From Actinomycetota bacterium (lineage in GTDB: Bacteria; Actinomycetota; Coriobacteriia; Anaerosomatales; PHET01): a stretch of 64,000 bases of DNA. Shown in pieces: positions 26,849-36,100 of this stretch. The stretch covers positions 179,463-243,462 of the forward strand of contig JAJUJM010000001.1 in NCBI GenBank assembly GCA_029265315.1. The letters run 5' to 3'. Under the pieces are notes generated by a model. The model worked only from the letters and a program-made list of their open reading frames with translations. It made no database searches and had not been told where the DNA came from. The number at the start of each line of letters is the position of its first letter. Position 1 is the first letter of the stretch. A program made the translations under genes and the position numbers.

Positions 26849-28189
26849 TCAGGTGTCTTGTCCGGCCGCCTCTGCCTGAAGGTCACCCACGAAGTCAGGC
26901 GAATCGACGGCTAGTCCCTTGCTCTCTGGCGGGAGTATCAGGTTGAGGACGACGCCAACGACGGTGGCCAAGGCCATACCTGGAACCGTGTATTCGCCGA
27001 TCGGGATCTTGATCTCGCCGACCTCCATACCTATGCCAAGGACGAGGACCACGCTTGAAAGGATGAGGTTTCTGCTGTGGCTGTAGTCGATTCCGCTGTC
27101 CACGAGCATCCTGAGGCCTGATGCTGCGATCAGGCCGAACAGCAGGATCGAGACACCACCCATCACCGGGGTCGGGATGCTTCCGATGAGCGCGCCGAGC
27201 TTCGGTACGAAGCCACCGATGACGAAGGCGAACGCCCCCGCGTACCAGAACAGCTGGACAGCGTAGATGCGGGTCACCGCCATCACGCCGATGTTCTCGG
27301 CGTAGGTTGTTGACGGCGTGCCCCCGACCAACGCCGACAACGATGTGGCGAGTCCGTCGCCGGCCAAGGATTGAGGCAGAAGCGGATTGAAGTCCTTGCC
27401 GGTTATCTCGTTGATCACGAGTAGGTGCCCGATGTGCTCGATGATGACGACGAGTGCGACCGGAGCTATGAGCATGATCGCCGACACGTCGAACTTGGCT
27501 ATGGTCAGGGTTGGAAGTCCCACCCAGGGCGCGTCGAGGACCGGCTGGAAGTTCACCAGTCCGAAGGGAATCGCGGCGACGTACCCGACCACGATGCCGA
27601 GCAACACCGGGATGGTGGAGACGAACCCCTTGAAGTAGCTGGAGAACGCGATGCATGCGGAAAGCGTGATAGCCGCCACGGCGACGAGGTTCCAGTCCAG
27701 CCCTTCGGCCGGGTTGGCGAATGGGAACAGAGACATCTTGATGGCGACGCCGGCCAGTCCGAGGCCGATGATGATGACGACCGCACCGACGAGAGCAGGC
27801 GGTAGCACGCGGTACAGCCACCCCGTGCCGAATGCCTTGATGATCGCCGCGACCACCACGTAGACGAGTCCTGCGACGACGAGGCCGCCCAACGCGTACG
27901 GGACCTTGGCGGGGTCAGCCACACCATTGGTGACCCCGGCCACAGCTGCGATCGGAGCGATGAAGGCGAACGAGGAACCGAGGAAGCTCGGAATCCGGCC
28001 CTTGGTCAGGATGAGGTACAGAATGGTGCCAGCGCCTGAGGTCATGATCGCGACAGACGGGTCCAGTCCGGTCAGGATCGGCACGAGCACGGTGGCACCG
28101 AACATGGCCATGAGATGCTGAAACGCCAGCGGAACGGCTTGGATGACGGGCAACTTCTCGTCGGTTTGGACGATCGGGCGTTGGGACAT
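26849..28189 (-). CDS. uraA: Uracil permease (NCS2 family)
   Basis: LPVIQAVPLAFQHLMAMFGATVLVPILTG...IPSFLGSSFAFIAP closely parallels the UraA/PyrP N-terminus. The ATG at 28189 was verified on the sequence. The ORF-track extension to 28429 overlaps the upstream permease. Confidence 0.9.
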   Translation of the reverse strand: MSQRPIVQTDEKLPVIQAVPLAFQHLMAMFGATVLVPILTGLDPSVAIMTSGAGTILYLILTKGRIPSFLGSSFAFIAPIAAVAGVTNGVADPAKVPYALGGLVVAGLVYVVVAAIIKAFGTGWLYRVLPPALVGAVVIIIGLGLAGVAIKMSLFPFANPAEGLDWNLVAVAAITLSACIAFSSYFKGFVSTIPVLLGIVVGYVAAIPFGLVNFQPVLDAPWVGLPTLTIAKFDVSAIMLIAPVALVVIIEHIGHLLVINEITGKDFNPLLPQSLAGDGLATSLSALVGGTPSTTYAENIGVMAVTRIYAVQLFWYAGAFAFVIGGFVPKLGALIGSIPTPVMGGVSILLFGLIAASGLRMLVDSGIDYSHSRNLILSSVVLVLGIGMEVGEIKIPIGEYTVPGMALATVVGVVLNLILPPESKGLAVDSPDFVGDLQAEAAGQDT

Positions 28190-28206
28190 GGGTTGCGCTC
28201 CCCTTC

Positions 28207-29637
28207 TCAGCCGGTGAACAACGCGAGGATCGGACCTTGCAGGAAGGCCAACAGGAAGGCGACGGACGCCACCCACATGAGCGGGTGTATCGCCTTGGCC
28301 TTGTTGTGGAAGAGCTTGATCACGACGTAGCTGATGAACCCAAGACCGATGCCCCAACTGATGTTGTAGGTCAACGGGATTCCGACGATCGTGAGGAACG
28401 CGGGAAACGCCTCTTCGATGTCGGTCCACGGTATCTCGCGAACGGTCTGCATCATCAGAAAGCCGACGATGATAAGGGCGCCGGCCGTGATCGGGAATGA
28501 GGTGAAGCTCGTGCCTTCGGGCACAGTGAATCCTGACCCCGCGAAACTGCTGAAGCGCTCAGCGTTCTCGACCGGGAAGCCGCCGCCCACCATCTTGACC
28601 AGAGGCGAGAAGAATGCGGCAACAGCGAAGAGAATCCCTGTCACGACGGCGGTGAGACCGGTCCGCCCGCCTTCTGCGACTCCGGCAGCTGACTCGATGT
28701 AGGTGGTGATCGATGACGCTCCGAACAGGCCACCCGTCGCGGCTGCGGCCGAGTCCACGAGCAGGATGTTCCTGATACCCGGCACTCTGCCTTCGGCGTC
28801 GGTGAACCCGGCCTGCTCGCCGACGGAGATCACCGTGCCCATGGTGTCAAAGAAGTCGGAAAGCATGACCGCGAACACCGCGAACATGAGCGCGGGAGTG
28901 AAGATCTGCGCCAAAGCGATCGACGAGGAGCCCTCTGGTGTCTGAAACGGTGCGAAGAAGGTCGAGAAATCGAGTGGCCCGACAACCGCTTCGGGCAGCT
29001 TGGTCACACCCAGTACGAGGGCGGCTATCGTGGCGACGGCTATGCCCCAGAGGATGTCGCCTTTGATCCTCAAGGCCATGAACGCCAGAATCGCGAACAA
29101 TCCGATCAACGTGACCCACACGTACTTGTCGGTGAAGTCGCCGAGCGCGACGGTGGTCGCGGCGTTGGGCGTGATGATGCCTCCCTCAACCAGACCGATG
29201 AGGGTGATGAACAGACCGATGCCGACACCGATGGCGCGTTTGAGGTCGAGCGGGATCGCGTTCATGATCGCCTCGCGCAACCCGGACATCACCAAGAAGA
29301 AGATGAGCACGCCCTCGACGAAGATGACCGACATGCCCACCTGCCACGGCACGTTTGACTGCTGGAAACCGATGATCGAGAACGTCACGACGGCGTTCAG
29401 CCCCATGCCTGACGCGAGGGCGAGCGGGCGATTGGTGATGAGACCCATCGCGATGCACATCAAGGCGGCGCCGAGGGCCGTAGCCGTGGCAGCCCCTTCG
29501 AACGGGACTCCCGCTGCAGAGAGAATCCCGGGATTGACGAACACGATGTAGGCCATCGTCAGGAACGTCGTCAGACCTGCGATGACCTCTGTGCGTAGAT
29601 TCGTTCCACGTTCGGAGAACTTGAAGAACCCCTCCAT
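28207..29637 (-). CDS. Purine (adenine/guanine/hypoxanthine) permease, NCS2 AzgA/PbuG-type
   Basis: FFKFSERGTNLRTEVIAGLTTFLTMAYIVFVNPGIL is the characteristic N-terminus. RBS aaaggtgga lies before ATG 29637. Confidence 0.9.
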   Translation of the reverse strand: MEGFFKFSERGTNLRTEVIAGLTTFLTMAYIVFVNPGILSAAGVPFEGAATATALGAALMCIAMGLITNRPLALASGMGLNAVVTFSIIGFQQSNVPWQVGMSVIFVEGVLIFFLVMSGLREAIMNAIPLDLKRAIGVGIGLFITLIGLVEGGIITPNAATTVALGDFTDKYVWVTLIGLFAILAFMALRIKGDILWGIAVATIAALVLGVTKLPEAVVGPLDFSTFFAPFQTPEGSSSIALAQIFTPALMFAVFAVMLSDFFDTMGTVISVGEQAGFTDAEGRVPGIRNILLVDSAAAATGGLFGASSITTYIESAAGVAEGGRTGLTAVVTGILFAVAAFFSPLVKMVGGGFPVENAERFSSFAGSGFTVPEGTSFTSFPITAGALIIVGFLMMQTVREIPWTDIEEAFPAFLTIVGIPLTYNISWGIGLGFISYVVIKLFHNKAKAIHPLMWVASVAFLLAFLQGPILALFTG

Positions 29638-29789
29638 CAATCCACCTTTCTTCGTGAGCCGGACGGTGTCAGCGTCTTGTTGGATGCTGACGGTTGGGAT
29701 CGTCAGGTCGCACCTCCTTGCTCATCGTGCACACGTCAATTCTTGGTCTTATGTCAAACAACTCAGGTGCGCGCGGTGCATGACCGATG

Positions 29790-30206
29790 TCATCCACCGT
29801 TGGTGAACAAGGGTCCGAGATACCGTGCGCTCGGGCTCGAATCGCCGCTGAGTGCCGCACGCAGTGGACCGGCCAGGGGTGGCCTGAGGTCGATTCCGGC
29901 GAGGGAATCGAGCGTGACGAGGTCGACGGCCTCCACTCGGGGGTCTCGAGGCCGGTCAGTGACGTATCCGCCGACGACAGTCGCTGAGAAGGTCAGATTG
30001 ATGACATGGCGTGGCCCATTGGGGTCGATGGTGTCATTGATGAGAATCGGGTCACCAATCGCTATCAGTAGACCTGTCTCCTCTTCGACCTCCCTGATGA
30101 GAGCGTCCTCGATGGTCTCTCGATACTGAACGCCGCCGCCGGGAAGCAGGTGGTAAGTCGCGTCCCCCGTCCGGTGGCGAACGAGCACCAATCTATCGTC
30201 TTGCAT
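29790..30206 (-). CDS. NUDIX hydrolase
   Basis: Nudix box GGGVQYRETIEDALIREVEEETGL. The first real start codon is the ATG at 30206; the upstream V codons are GTA/GTC. Confidence 0.85.
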   Translation of the reverse strand: MQDDRLVLVRHRTGDATYHLLPGGGVQYRETIEDALIREVEEETGLLIAIGDPILINDTIDPNGPRHVINLTFSATVVGGYVTDRPRDPRVEAVDLVTLDSLAGIDLRPPLAGPLRAALSGDSSPSARYLGPLFTNGG

Positions 30207-30237
30207 GATCGCGGCCGCGACGCGTACGCGCGGGAGA

Positions 30238-30669
30238 TCAGGAGCCGGTGGAGCCAAAGCCCCCCTCCCCTCTCGTCGTGTCAGGCAGAGTGTCGACCAC
30301 GACCGGAGACACGCGTGTGACCGGCTGGACGACAAGCTGGGCGACCCGGTCTCCTCGACGGATGAAGATCGGATCCTTGGGGTCCAGGTTGATGGCTACC
30401 AGCTTGATCTCACCGCGGTAGTGAGAGTCGATGAGGCCGGGCGTGTTGACGAAGGAGAGTCCTGAACGGAGGGCGAGTCCGCTACGCGGCTGGACGAAGC
30501 CGGCGTGGCCTTCCGGAATAGCGACGGCGACACCGGTGCCGATGAGCTCACGTTCGCCGGGGGCGATGGTGTGGTCCGCCGCGGCGTGCAGATCGAGTCC
30601 TGCGTCACCGTCGTGGGCGTAGCGCGGCACTGGAAGGTCCTTGTCCAACAACAGGATGGGCAGCTCCAT
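30238..30669 (-). CDS. dut: dUTP diphosphatase
   Basis: [19 protein letters not shown] and [11 protein letters not shown] motifs. Start is ATG 30669 or TTG 30711. Confidence 0.93.
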   Translation of the reverse strand: MELPILLLDKDLPVPRYAHDGDAGLDLHAAADHTIAPGERELIGTGVAVAIPEGHAGFVQPRSGLALRSGLSFVNTPGLIDSHYRGEIKLVAINLDPKDPIFIRRGDRVAQLVVQPVTRVSPVVVDTLPDTTRGEGGFGSTGS

Positions 30670-30753
30670 GGCGTTCTCGGCGCTTTGGCCGCCGGACACC
30701 TCCCCTCTCAAGAGTGACGCTCGTGATTCGGGCCAGGCTCACTGAGTCAGGGT

Positions 30754-31200
30754 TCAGGCGAGCCCCTTGAGTTCACGCGTGAACTCGTCCAGGTCCTGGA
30801 ACTCTTTGTAGACCGAGGCGAATCGGACGTAGGCGACTTTGTCCAGCTCAAGAAGACGATTGAGGACCATGTCGCCGAGACGCCGGCTATCCACCTCGTA
30901 GCGGAAGGTGTTGTGGAGCTCTGACTCTATGTCGTCGATCAGCGCTTCGAGGCGCTCAGGGCCGACCCCCCGCTTCGCGGTGGCCACGAGGAGTCCGCGC
31001 ATGAGCTTCGCACGGTCGAATGGTTCGAGAGACCCGTCCTTCTTGAGCACCATGAGAGGCATCTCTTCGCGGCGTTCGTAGGTCGTGAAACGTTCGGAAC
31101 AAGCCAAGCACTCGCGTCTTCTCCTGATCGCGTCCTGGGACTCAGAGGTGCGCGAGTCGACGACCTTGGTCTCGGCGTGGCCACAGAATGGACAGCGCAT
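30754..31200 (-). CDS. nrdR: Transcriptional repressor NrdR
   Basis: [17 protein letters not shown]...[16 protein letters not shown] zinc ribbon plus an ATP-cone. Confidence 0.95.
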   Translation of the reverse strand: MRCPFCGHAETKVVDSRTSESQDAIRRRRECLACSERFTTYERREEMPLMVLKKDGSLEPFDRAKLMRGLLVATAKRGVGPERLEALIDDIESELHNTFRYEVDSRRLGDMVLNRLLELDKVAYVRFASVYKEFQDLDEFTRELKGLA

Positions 31201-31309
31201 GGATTCACCCCTACATGTAGGCTACGTTGGAAGGTAGCACACAAGATATGGGGCTACAACAGGCGCATGGAAGACGGCATGTCTGCACTCTTTTCGAGTG
31301 CGTGGAAGT

Positions 31310-31669
31310 TCAGCGCATCGCGAAATCAGAGCCCGATGAGGCGTGCGCAGGGACGTCGAGGACATCGCCTGGCGCGATGGAGGAATCATTGAGGTTGTTG
31401 AGTCGGCGTATGACCTCGACTGTCTGTGCGGTGTCCAAGCCGGCAACCGGGTGGGTGCGTGCGATGGTCCAAAGCGTTTGACCGGACGACACGGTGATAC
31501 GGCTGGTACTCGAGACCTCCGGCAGAGGTTGGCGGGACATGCTGATCGCACATGCAAGCATCAAGGAGCACAGCACGACCACCACCCATGCAGGCGTGCT
31601 GTTGAAAGCCAAGGTCATGATGTCCGGAACACACGAACACCTTCGCGGACTCTTGGTATCGCGATCCAT
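31310..31669 (-). CDS. Small TM + LysM protein, YneA/ChiZ-type candidate SOS cell-division inhibitor
   Basis: TM helix AWVVVVLCSLMLACAI. LysM domain ITVSSGQTLWTIARTH...APGDVLDVP. Divergent from lexA across two SOS boxes. ATG 31669 follows ggagg. Confidence 0.75.
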   Translation of the reverse strand: MDRDTKSPRRCSCVPDIMTLAFNSTPAWVVVVLCSLMLACAISMSRQPLPEVSSTSRITVSSGQTLWTIARTHPVAGLDTAQTVEVIRRLNNLNDSSIAPGDVLDVPAHASSGSDFAMR

Positions 31670-31759
31670 CGCCGCCTCCGTCCCTACGTGCTTCTCGCTT
31701 GAAATCACGCGAGGAACCTAACAAGTGGGTCTGACACACGAGCCCGGACGTTTCGGATA

Positions 31760-31773
31760 CGAACACGTGTTCG
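31760..31773. promoter_or_regulatory. LexA operator (Cheo/SOS box) CGAACACGTGTTCG, distal to lexA
   Basis: Perfect 14-bp palindrome CGAAC-N4-GTTCG in the divergent LysM/lexA intergenic region. Confidence 0.9.
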
Positions 31774-31787
31774 CAAGCATTCTCAAA

Positions 31788-31801
31788 CGAACATATGTTC
31801 G
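31788..31801. promoter_or_regulatory. LexA operator (Cheo/SOS box) CGAACATATGTTCG, proximal to lexA
   Basis: Perfect palindrome identical to the idealised Gram-positive Cheo box. It begins 28 bp after the start of the first box. Confidence 0.9.
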
Positions 31802-31915
31802 ATGTCAAGAGAACCGACGCGAAACCCGGGTGATGGCGAACGCTTGTTTGCCATGGACGGCGCCTAGCGCTAGACTTTGCGGCGTACAGGCGTTCGATTC
31901 GTCAGGGGGACCATC

Positions 31916-32557
31916 GTGGCTTACCAGCGGGAACTGACCCGGCGCCAGCAACAGATCCTCGACTTCATCCGGTCGGAGATACATCGCAAGGGATATCCGC
32001 CCAGTGTGAGGGAGATCGGCGACGCGATCGGACTGTCGTCCTCCTCGACCGTCCATTCGCATCTCGCGGCGATCGAAGCCAAAGGGTTCCTGCGTCGAGA
32101 CCCATCGAAGCCCAGGGCTCTCGAAGTCCTCGATTTCCGTGACACGGACACGGCCATCGACTATGGCGGGGTTCACGCGGTCCCTGTGGTGGGACAGGTT
32201 GCCGCGGGTCAACCGCTTCTCGCCTCTGAGAATATCGAGGCGACACTCCCGCTGCCTGCCGAGTTCGCAGGCGAGCATACCTTCATCCTGAAGGTCAGAG
32301 GCGAGTCGATGAAGGAAGCGGGCATCCTGGACGGCGACTTCGTGGTCGTGCGTCAGCAGGAGACCGCCTCGAACGGCGACGTCGTCGTCGCGATGGTGAC
32401 CGATGAGATGAGTGGTGAGCCCGAGGCCACGGTGAAGACCTTCTACCGTGAGGCCGACCGCATCCGTCTTCAGCCCGAGAACTCGGCGATGGACCCCATC
32501 TACGCCCGGGACGTGACCATTCTGGGCAAGGTCGTCGCGCTGTTCCGCCGGCTCTAG
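31916..32557 (+). CDS. lexA: LexA repressor
   Basis: [34 protein letters not shown] wHTH. Cleavage/peptidase region VAAGQP...GESM...VVAMV..ATVKTF. GTG 31916 follows aggggga. Confidence 0.95.
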   Translation: MAYQRELTRRQQQILDFIRSEIHRKGYPPSVREIGDAIGLSSSSTVHSHLAAIEAKGFLRRDPSKPRALEVLDFRDTDTAIDYGGVHAVPVVGQVAAGQPLLASENIEATLPLPAEFAGEHTFILKVRGESMKEAGILDGDFVVVRQQETASNGDVVVAMVTDEMSGEPEATVKTFYREADRIRLQPENSAMDPIYARDVTILGKVVALFRRL

Positions 32558-33873
32558 TCCTCGTCTGGCGTCGTCTCGACCGCGAACTCGAGGAATCGCC
32601 GCTCGAGCTTTGGGGGGACGCGGAGCACGAGCTGTGTCCCGGATCCGGTGTGGCGCTCTGAGAGTATCTGCGCGCGTTCGTGAGCGAGTCTCACCACGTC
32701 CCCGCGGGTGTACGGGACGAGGAGCGTCATCGTCACACTTCCCCGGGCAGCCTCATCGGCGATACGCTGGACGATGGTCTCGATACCGACTGCATCGCGC
32801 GCCGAGCAGAACAATGCGTCCGGATAGCGCTTCTGCAGCATGGATCGTGTAGCGGCATCGAGCGTGTCTGACTTGTTGAAGACCACGACCGCTGGTCGCG
32901 TGTGCGCGCCGATCTCATGGAGCACTTCACGGACGGCCTGCATCTGTGCTTCGCGCTGAGGCGAACCAGCGTCGGTCACCTGCAGGAGCAAGTCCGCCTC
33001 CGCCACCTCGTCCAGCGTCGACTTGAACGCCTCAACCAGCCCGTGCGGCAACTTGTTGATGAAGCCTACCGTGTCGGTGATCGTGGCTTCGCGTCCTTCG
33101 GGCAGCTCTACCCTGCGCGTGGTGGAATCAAGGGTGGCGAACAGCATGTCGTACGCGAGCACGTCGGCATTCGTCAGAGCGTTGAGGAGGGTCGACTTGC
33201 CGGCGTTGGTGTAGCCGACGAGCGCGACCCGGAACACACCTGACCTGGCTCGCCGCTTGCGTTGGAGATCGCGTTCGCTCGCCACATGCTTGAGTTCACG
33301 TTTGAGCTCTGCGATACGACGGCGCGCGAGACGACGGTCGACCTCCAGTTGGGACTCGCCCGCTCCGAATCGAGCCCCCCTGCCGCCGCCGAGGCGCTCA
33401 CGCTCCAGATGCCCCCACATGCCACGAAGGCGAGGGAGAAGATACTCGAGCTGCGCCAGCTCGACTTGCAGTTTTCCCTCCCTGCTCACGGCATGCAGCG
33501 CGAAGATGTCCAAGATGAGCTGGGTTCGGTCGATCACCTTGACGTGCGGAAGCAGCCCTTCGAGGTTGGCTTGCTGTGATGGGGTCAGGTCGTCGTCGAA
33601 GATGACCACGTTAGCGTCGTGATGAGCTGCCAGGGTCCCCACCTCATCGGCCTTGCCACTTCCGATGAAGGTACGGGGGTTAGGGCGGTCGAGTCTCTGG
33701 GTGAGTCTACTCACGACTACGGCGCCGGCGGTGTGCGCGAGTCGTTCGAGTTCTGCGAGGGACTCCTCGACCGGCCACTCTGCGGAACCTCGATCGATGC
33801 CGACGAGAACGGCCCGGTCGCGTTCAGCGGCCCGTTCCTCGCCCGTATGGGGGTACGTCCGATTCCTCGTCAC
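32554..33873 (-). CDS. hflX: GTPase HflX
   Basis: G1 [24 protein letters not shown] and NKSD motifs. GTG 33873 was verified; it lies 19 nt after the dapL stop. The ORF-track extension overlaps dapL. Confidence 0.93.
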   Translation of the reverse strand: MTRNRTYPHTGEERAAERDRAVLVGIDRGSAEWPVEESLAELERLAHTAGAVVVSRLTQRLDRPNPRTFIGSGKADEVGTLAAHHDANVVIFDDDLTPSQQANLEGLLPHVKVIDRTQLILDIFALHAVSREGKLQVELAQLEYLLPRLRGMWGHLERERLGGGRGARFGAGESQLEVDRRLARRRIAELKRELKHVASERDLQRKRRARSGVFRVALVGYTNAGKSTLLNALTNADVLAYDMLFATLDSTTRRVELPEGREATITDTVGFINKLPHGLVEAFKSTLDEVAEADLLLQVTDAGSPQREAQMQAVREVLHEIGAHTRPAVVVFNKSDTLDAATRSMLQKRYPDALFCSARDAVGIETIVQRIADEAARGSVTMTLLVPYTRGDVVRLAHERAQILSERHTGSGTQLVLRVPPKLERRFLEFAVETTPDED

Positions 33874-33892
33874 GCCTGAGAGTATGCCCCTC

Positions 33893-35032
33893 CTAGAGGT
33901 GCGTCTTGATGCGCTCGAGGGCCTCGGCGAGACGGTCGTCGGGCGTGGCGAGCGAGATGCGGATGTAGCCTTCCCCATCAGGGCCGTATGCATTGCCCGG
34001 AGCGACGATGACCCCTGCCTTGTCAAGCACATCGCCGGCGTATTGGGCGGAAGTGTAGCCTTCCGGGACGCGCGCCCAGACGTAGATCGTGCCCTTCGGT
34101 GTCCTGGCGGACAGGCCTATCGAGGCGAGCGTGTCCATGACCATGTCACGGCGGCGCTGGTACAGCGCGCTCATCTCGGTGACGTCGGACTGGTCACCGA
34201 GCATGGCCTCTATGGCGGCGTCCTGTATCGCCGTGAAGATACCTGAGTCGATGTTGGACTTGACTGTTCCCAGCGCCTTGATCGCCTCAGCGTTGCCGGC
34301 GGCGAACGCGACGCGCCAGCCGGTCATGTTGTACGCCTTCGAGCAGCTGAAGAGCTCGATGGCGACGTCCTTCGCGCCGGGGCGCTCGAGGATGCTCGGC
34401 GGCCTGTAGCCGTCGAAGCCGATCTCCGAGTACGCATTGTCGTGAACGAGAAGGATGTCATGTTCCTTGGCGAACGCGATCGCGCGGTCGAAGTACTCCA
34501 CAGGCGCGATGGCCGAAGACGGGTTGTTCGGGTAGCTGATGAACATCATCTTGGCCTTGGCGAGTACGTCAGCAGGAGTGGCCTCGAAGTCGGCGAGCCA
34601 GTCGTTGTCGTCGCCCATGTGCATGTAGTGCGTCTCACCGCCGATGAGGACTCCACCGGTCGTGTAGACGGGATACCCGACCCCGGGAACGAGCGTGTAG
34701 TCACCAACATTGATGAAGGCCGGGAACAGGTGAGCGATACCTTCTTTGCTCCCGATCAGCGCGAGGACCTCGGTTGCAGGGTCGACGATGACGCCGAAGC
34801 GGCGGCGCATCCATTCCGCACACGCCTCGCGGTATGGCTTGGAACCGGCGTATGCAGGGTACTGGTGGTTCTTGGGGTCCGTGATGGCCTTGGCCATCGC
34901 GTCGACGATGCGCTGCGGTGTGGGTCTGTCGGGGTCACCGATGCCGAGCGAGATGACATCCACGCCCTGGGCCTGCTTCTCTTCCTTCTTGCGGTCGATC
35001 TCGGCGAAGAGGTACGGGGGCAGGTTGTTCAT
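33893..35032 (-). CDS. dapL: LL-diaminopimelate aminotransferase (DapL-type class I aminotransferase)
   Basis: NLPPYLFAEIDRKKEEKQAQGVDVISLGIGDPDRPTP and SCSKAYNMTGWR (PLP lysine). Located next to dapF. Start is ATG 35032 or TTG 35050. Confidence 0.8.
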   Translation of the reverse strand: MNNLPPYLFAEIDRKKEEKQAQGVDVISLGIGDPDRPTPQRIVDAMAKAITDPKNHQYPAYAGSKPYREACAEWMRRRFGVIVDPATEVLALIGSKEGIAHLFPAFINVGDYTLVPGVGYPVYTTGGVLIGGETHYMHMGDDNDWLADFEATPADVLAKAKMMFISYPNNPSSAIAPVEYFDRAIAFAKEHDILLVHDNAYSEIGFDGYRPPSILERPGAKDVAIELFSCSKAYNMTGWRVAFAAGNAEAIKALGTVKSNIDSGIFTAIQDAAIEAMLGDQSDVTEMSALYQRRRDMVMDTLASIGLSARTPKGTIYVWARVPEGYTSAQYAGDVLDKAGVIVAPGNAYGPDGEGYIRISLATPDDRLAEALERIKTHL

Positions 35033-35185
35033 GCGGTCGGCGGTCCTCAAGGCGATCCACTTCCTTCATCTCTGGTGGGCTGTCGCGGTCCACTCACGCC
35101 CGAGCGCTGTCGACCGTGCGTGACATGGTAACACTCGGAATACAACTCCTGAGGTCTTGATCCGGTGAATCGTCGAGACGGGCGC

Positions 35186-36100
35186 TCACTCGTCCTCCGG
35201 AATCGTGAGCTTCCCGCTGAAGACCTCTCTTGCCGGACCGGTCATGAACACATGACCTCCGGCGTCCCACCTGATCGTGAGCTCTCCCCCGGGCAGCTCG
35301 ACAGTTGCTTCCCGGCCCCCTCGGCATGTCAGAGCAGCAGCGACCATGGCAGCACACGCGCCCGTTCCACAGGCCAGAGTCTCGCCGACGCCTCGCTCCC
35401 AGACCCGGACGCGCAGACGGTCGTCGTCAAGCACCTGGACGAACTCGACGTTGGTCTTCTTCGGGAACACCGGGTGCGTCTCCAGTTCCGGGCCGATCAC
35501 GTGCACCGGAGCGTCATCGACGTCATCGACGAAGATGACGCAATGAGGGTTTCCCATGGACACGCACGTGACCCTCACCGTTCCTTGGGTGGTCTCAAGC
35601 GCGCAGTCGACGACAGGGTCTTCGGAGTCCTCGCAGCCCAGTGTGGTCGGGATGCGTGCGGGGACCAGCACCGGTTCCCCCATGTCGACCGTCGCCGAGG
35701 CCATGGCGCCGTCCTCGTCGCGCACCACATCGTCCGAGTACACCCCGAGCAGGGTCTCGACTCGGACGACATCGGCCTGCGGTCCCACAAGTCCATGGTC
35801 CACGACGAACTTGGCGAAGCAGCGGATCCCGTTCCCGCACATCTCCGCGACTGAGCCATCGGCGTTTCGGAACCACCATGCGTAGTCGGCATCGGGGGAC
35901 GTGGCCTCGCGGATGAGGATGAGCCCGTCTGCGCCGATGCCGAGATTGCGGTCACACAGCCATTCGACCGCTTCAGGCGAGAGATCGAGCCTTCCGCCGC
36001 GGTCATCGATCACGATGAAATCGTTGCCAAGCCCGTGCATCTTGGTGAATTCCAGGTCCACGAGACGTCCTTCCTTCACGACGGCGCCCTCAGTGAACAC
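35186..36100 (-). CDS. dapF: Diaminopimelate epimerase
   Basis: FTKMHGLGNDFIVIDD, and catalytic cysteines in MCGNGIRCF and LACGTGACAA. Confidence 0.95.
   Translation of the reverse strand: MFTEGAVVKEGRLVDLEFTKMHGLGNDFIVIDDRGGRLDLSPEAVEWLCDRNLGIGADGLILIREATSPDADYAWWFRNADGSVAEMCGNGIRCFAKFVVDHGLVGPQADVVRVETLLGVYSDDVVRDEDGAMASATVDMGEPVLVPARIPTTLGCEDSEDPVVDCALETTQGTVRVTCVSMGNPHCVIFVDDVDDAPVHVIGPELETHPVFPKKTNVEFVQVLDDDRLRVRVWERGVGETLACGTGACAAMVAAALTCRGGREATVELPGGELTIRWDAGGHVFMTGPAREVFSGKLTIPEDE

Noticed and set aside
26602-26886. 94-aa minus-strand ORF in the convergent spacer
   Set aside because: It overlaps the uraA 3' end, spans the hairpin and the AT-rich patch, and has no RBS or protein-like composition.
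28190-28429. N-terminal extension of the uracil permease ORF
   Set aside because: It overlaps the 3' end of the upstream purine permease gene and looks non-protein-like. The ATG at 28189 gives an N-terminus that aligns with UraA.
29641-29789. Purine (guanine/adenine) riboswitch upstream of the purine permease
   Set aside because: No match to the conserved junction sequences (UAUAAU...GGAUAUGG...UUUCUACC...CCGUAAAU-type core) on the transcribed strand.
31238-31254. NrdR-box-like half site CACACAAGATATGGGG upstream of nrdR
   Set aside because: Only the left half resembles the 16-bp palindromic NrdR box. The right half is not complementary.
35051-35185. Lysine riboswitch (L-box) upstream of dapL or within the dap/lysC genes
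   Set aside because: The spacer is only 135 nt, too short for an L-box, and no conserved L-box segments were seen. dapB-lysC are contiguous, with no leader.
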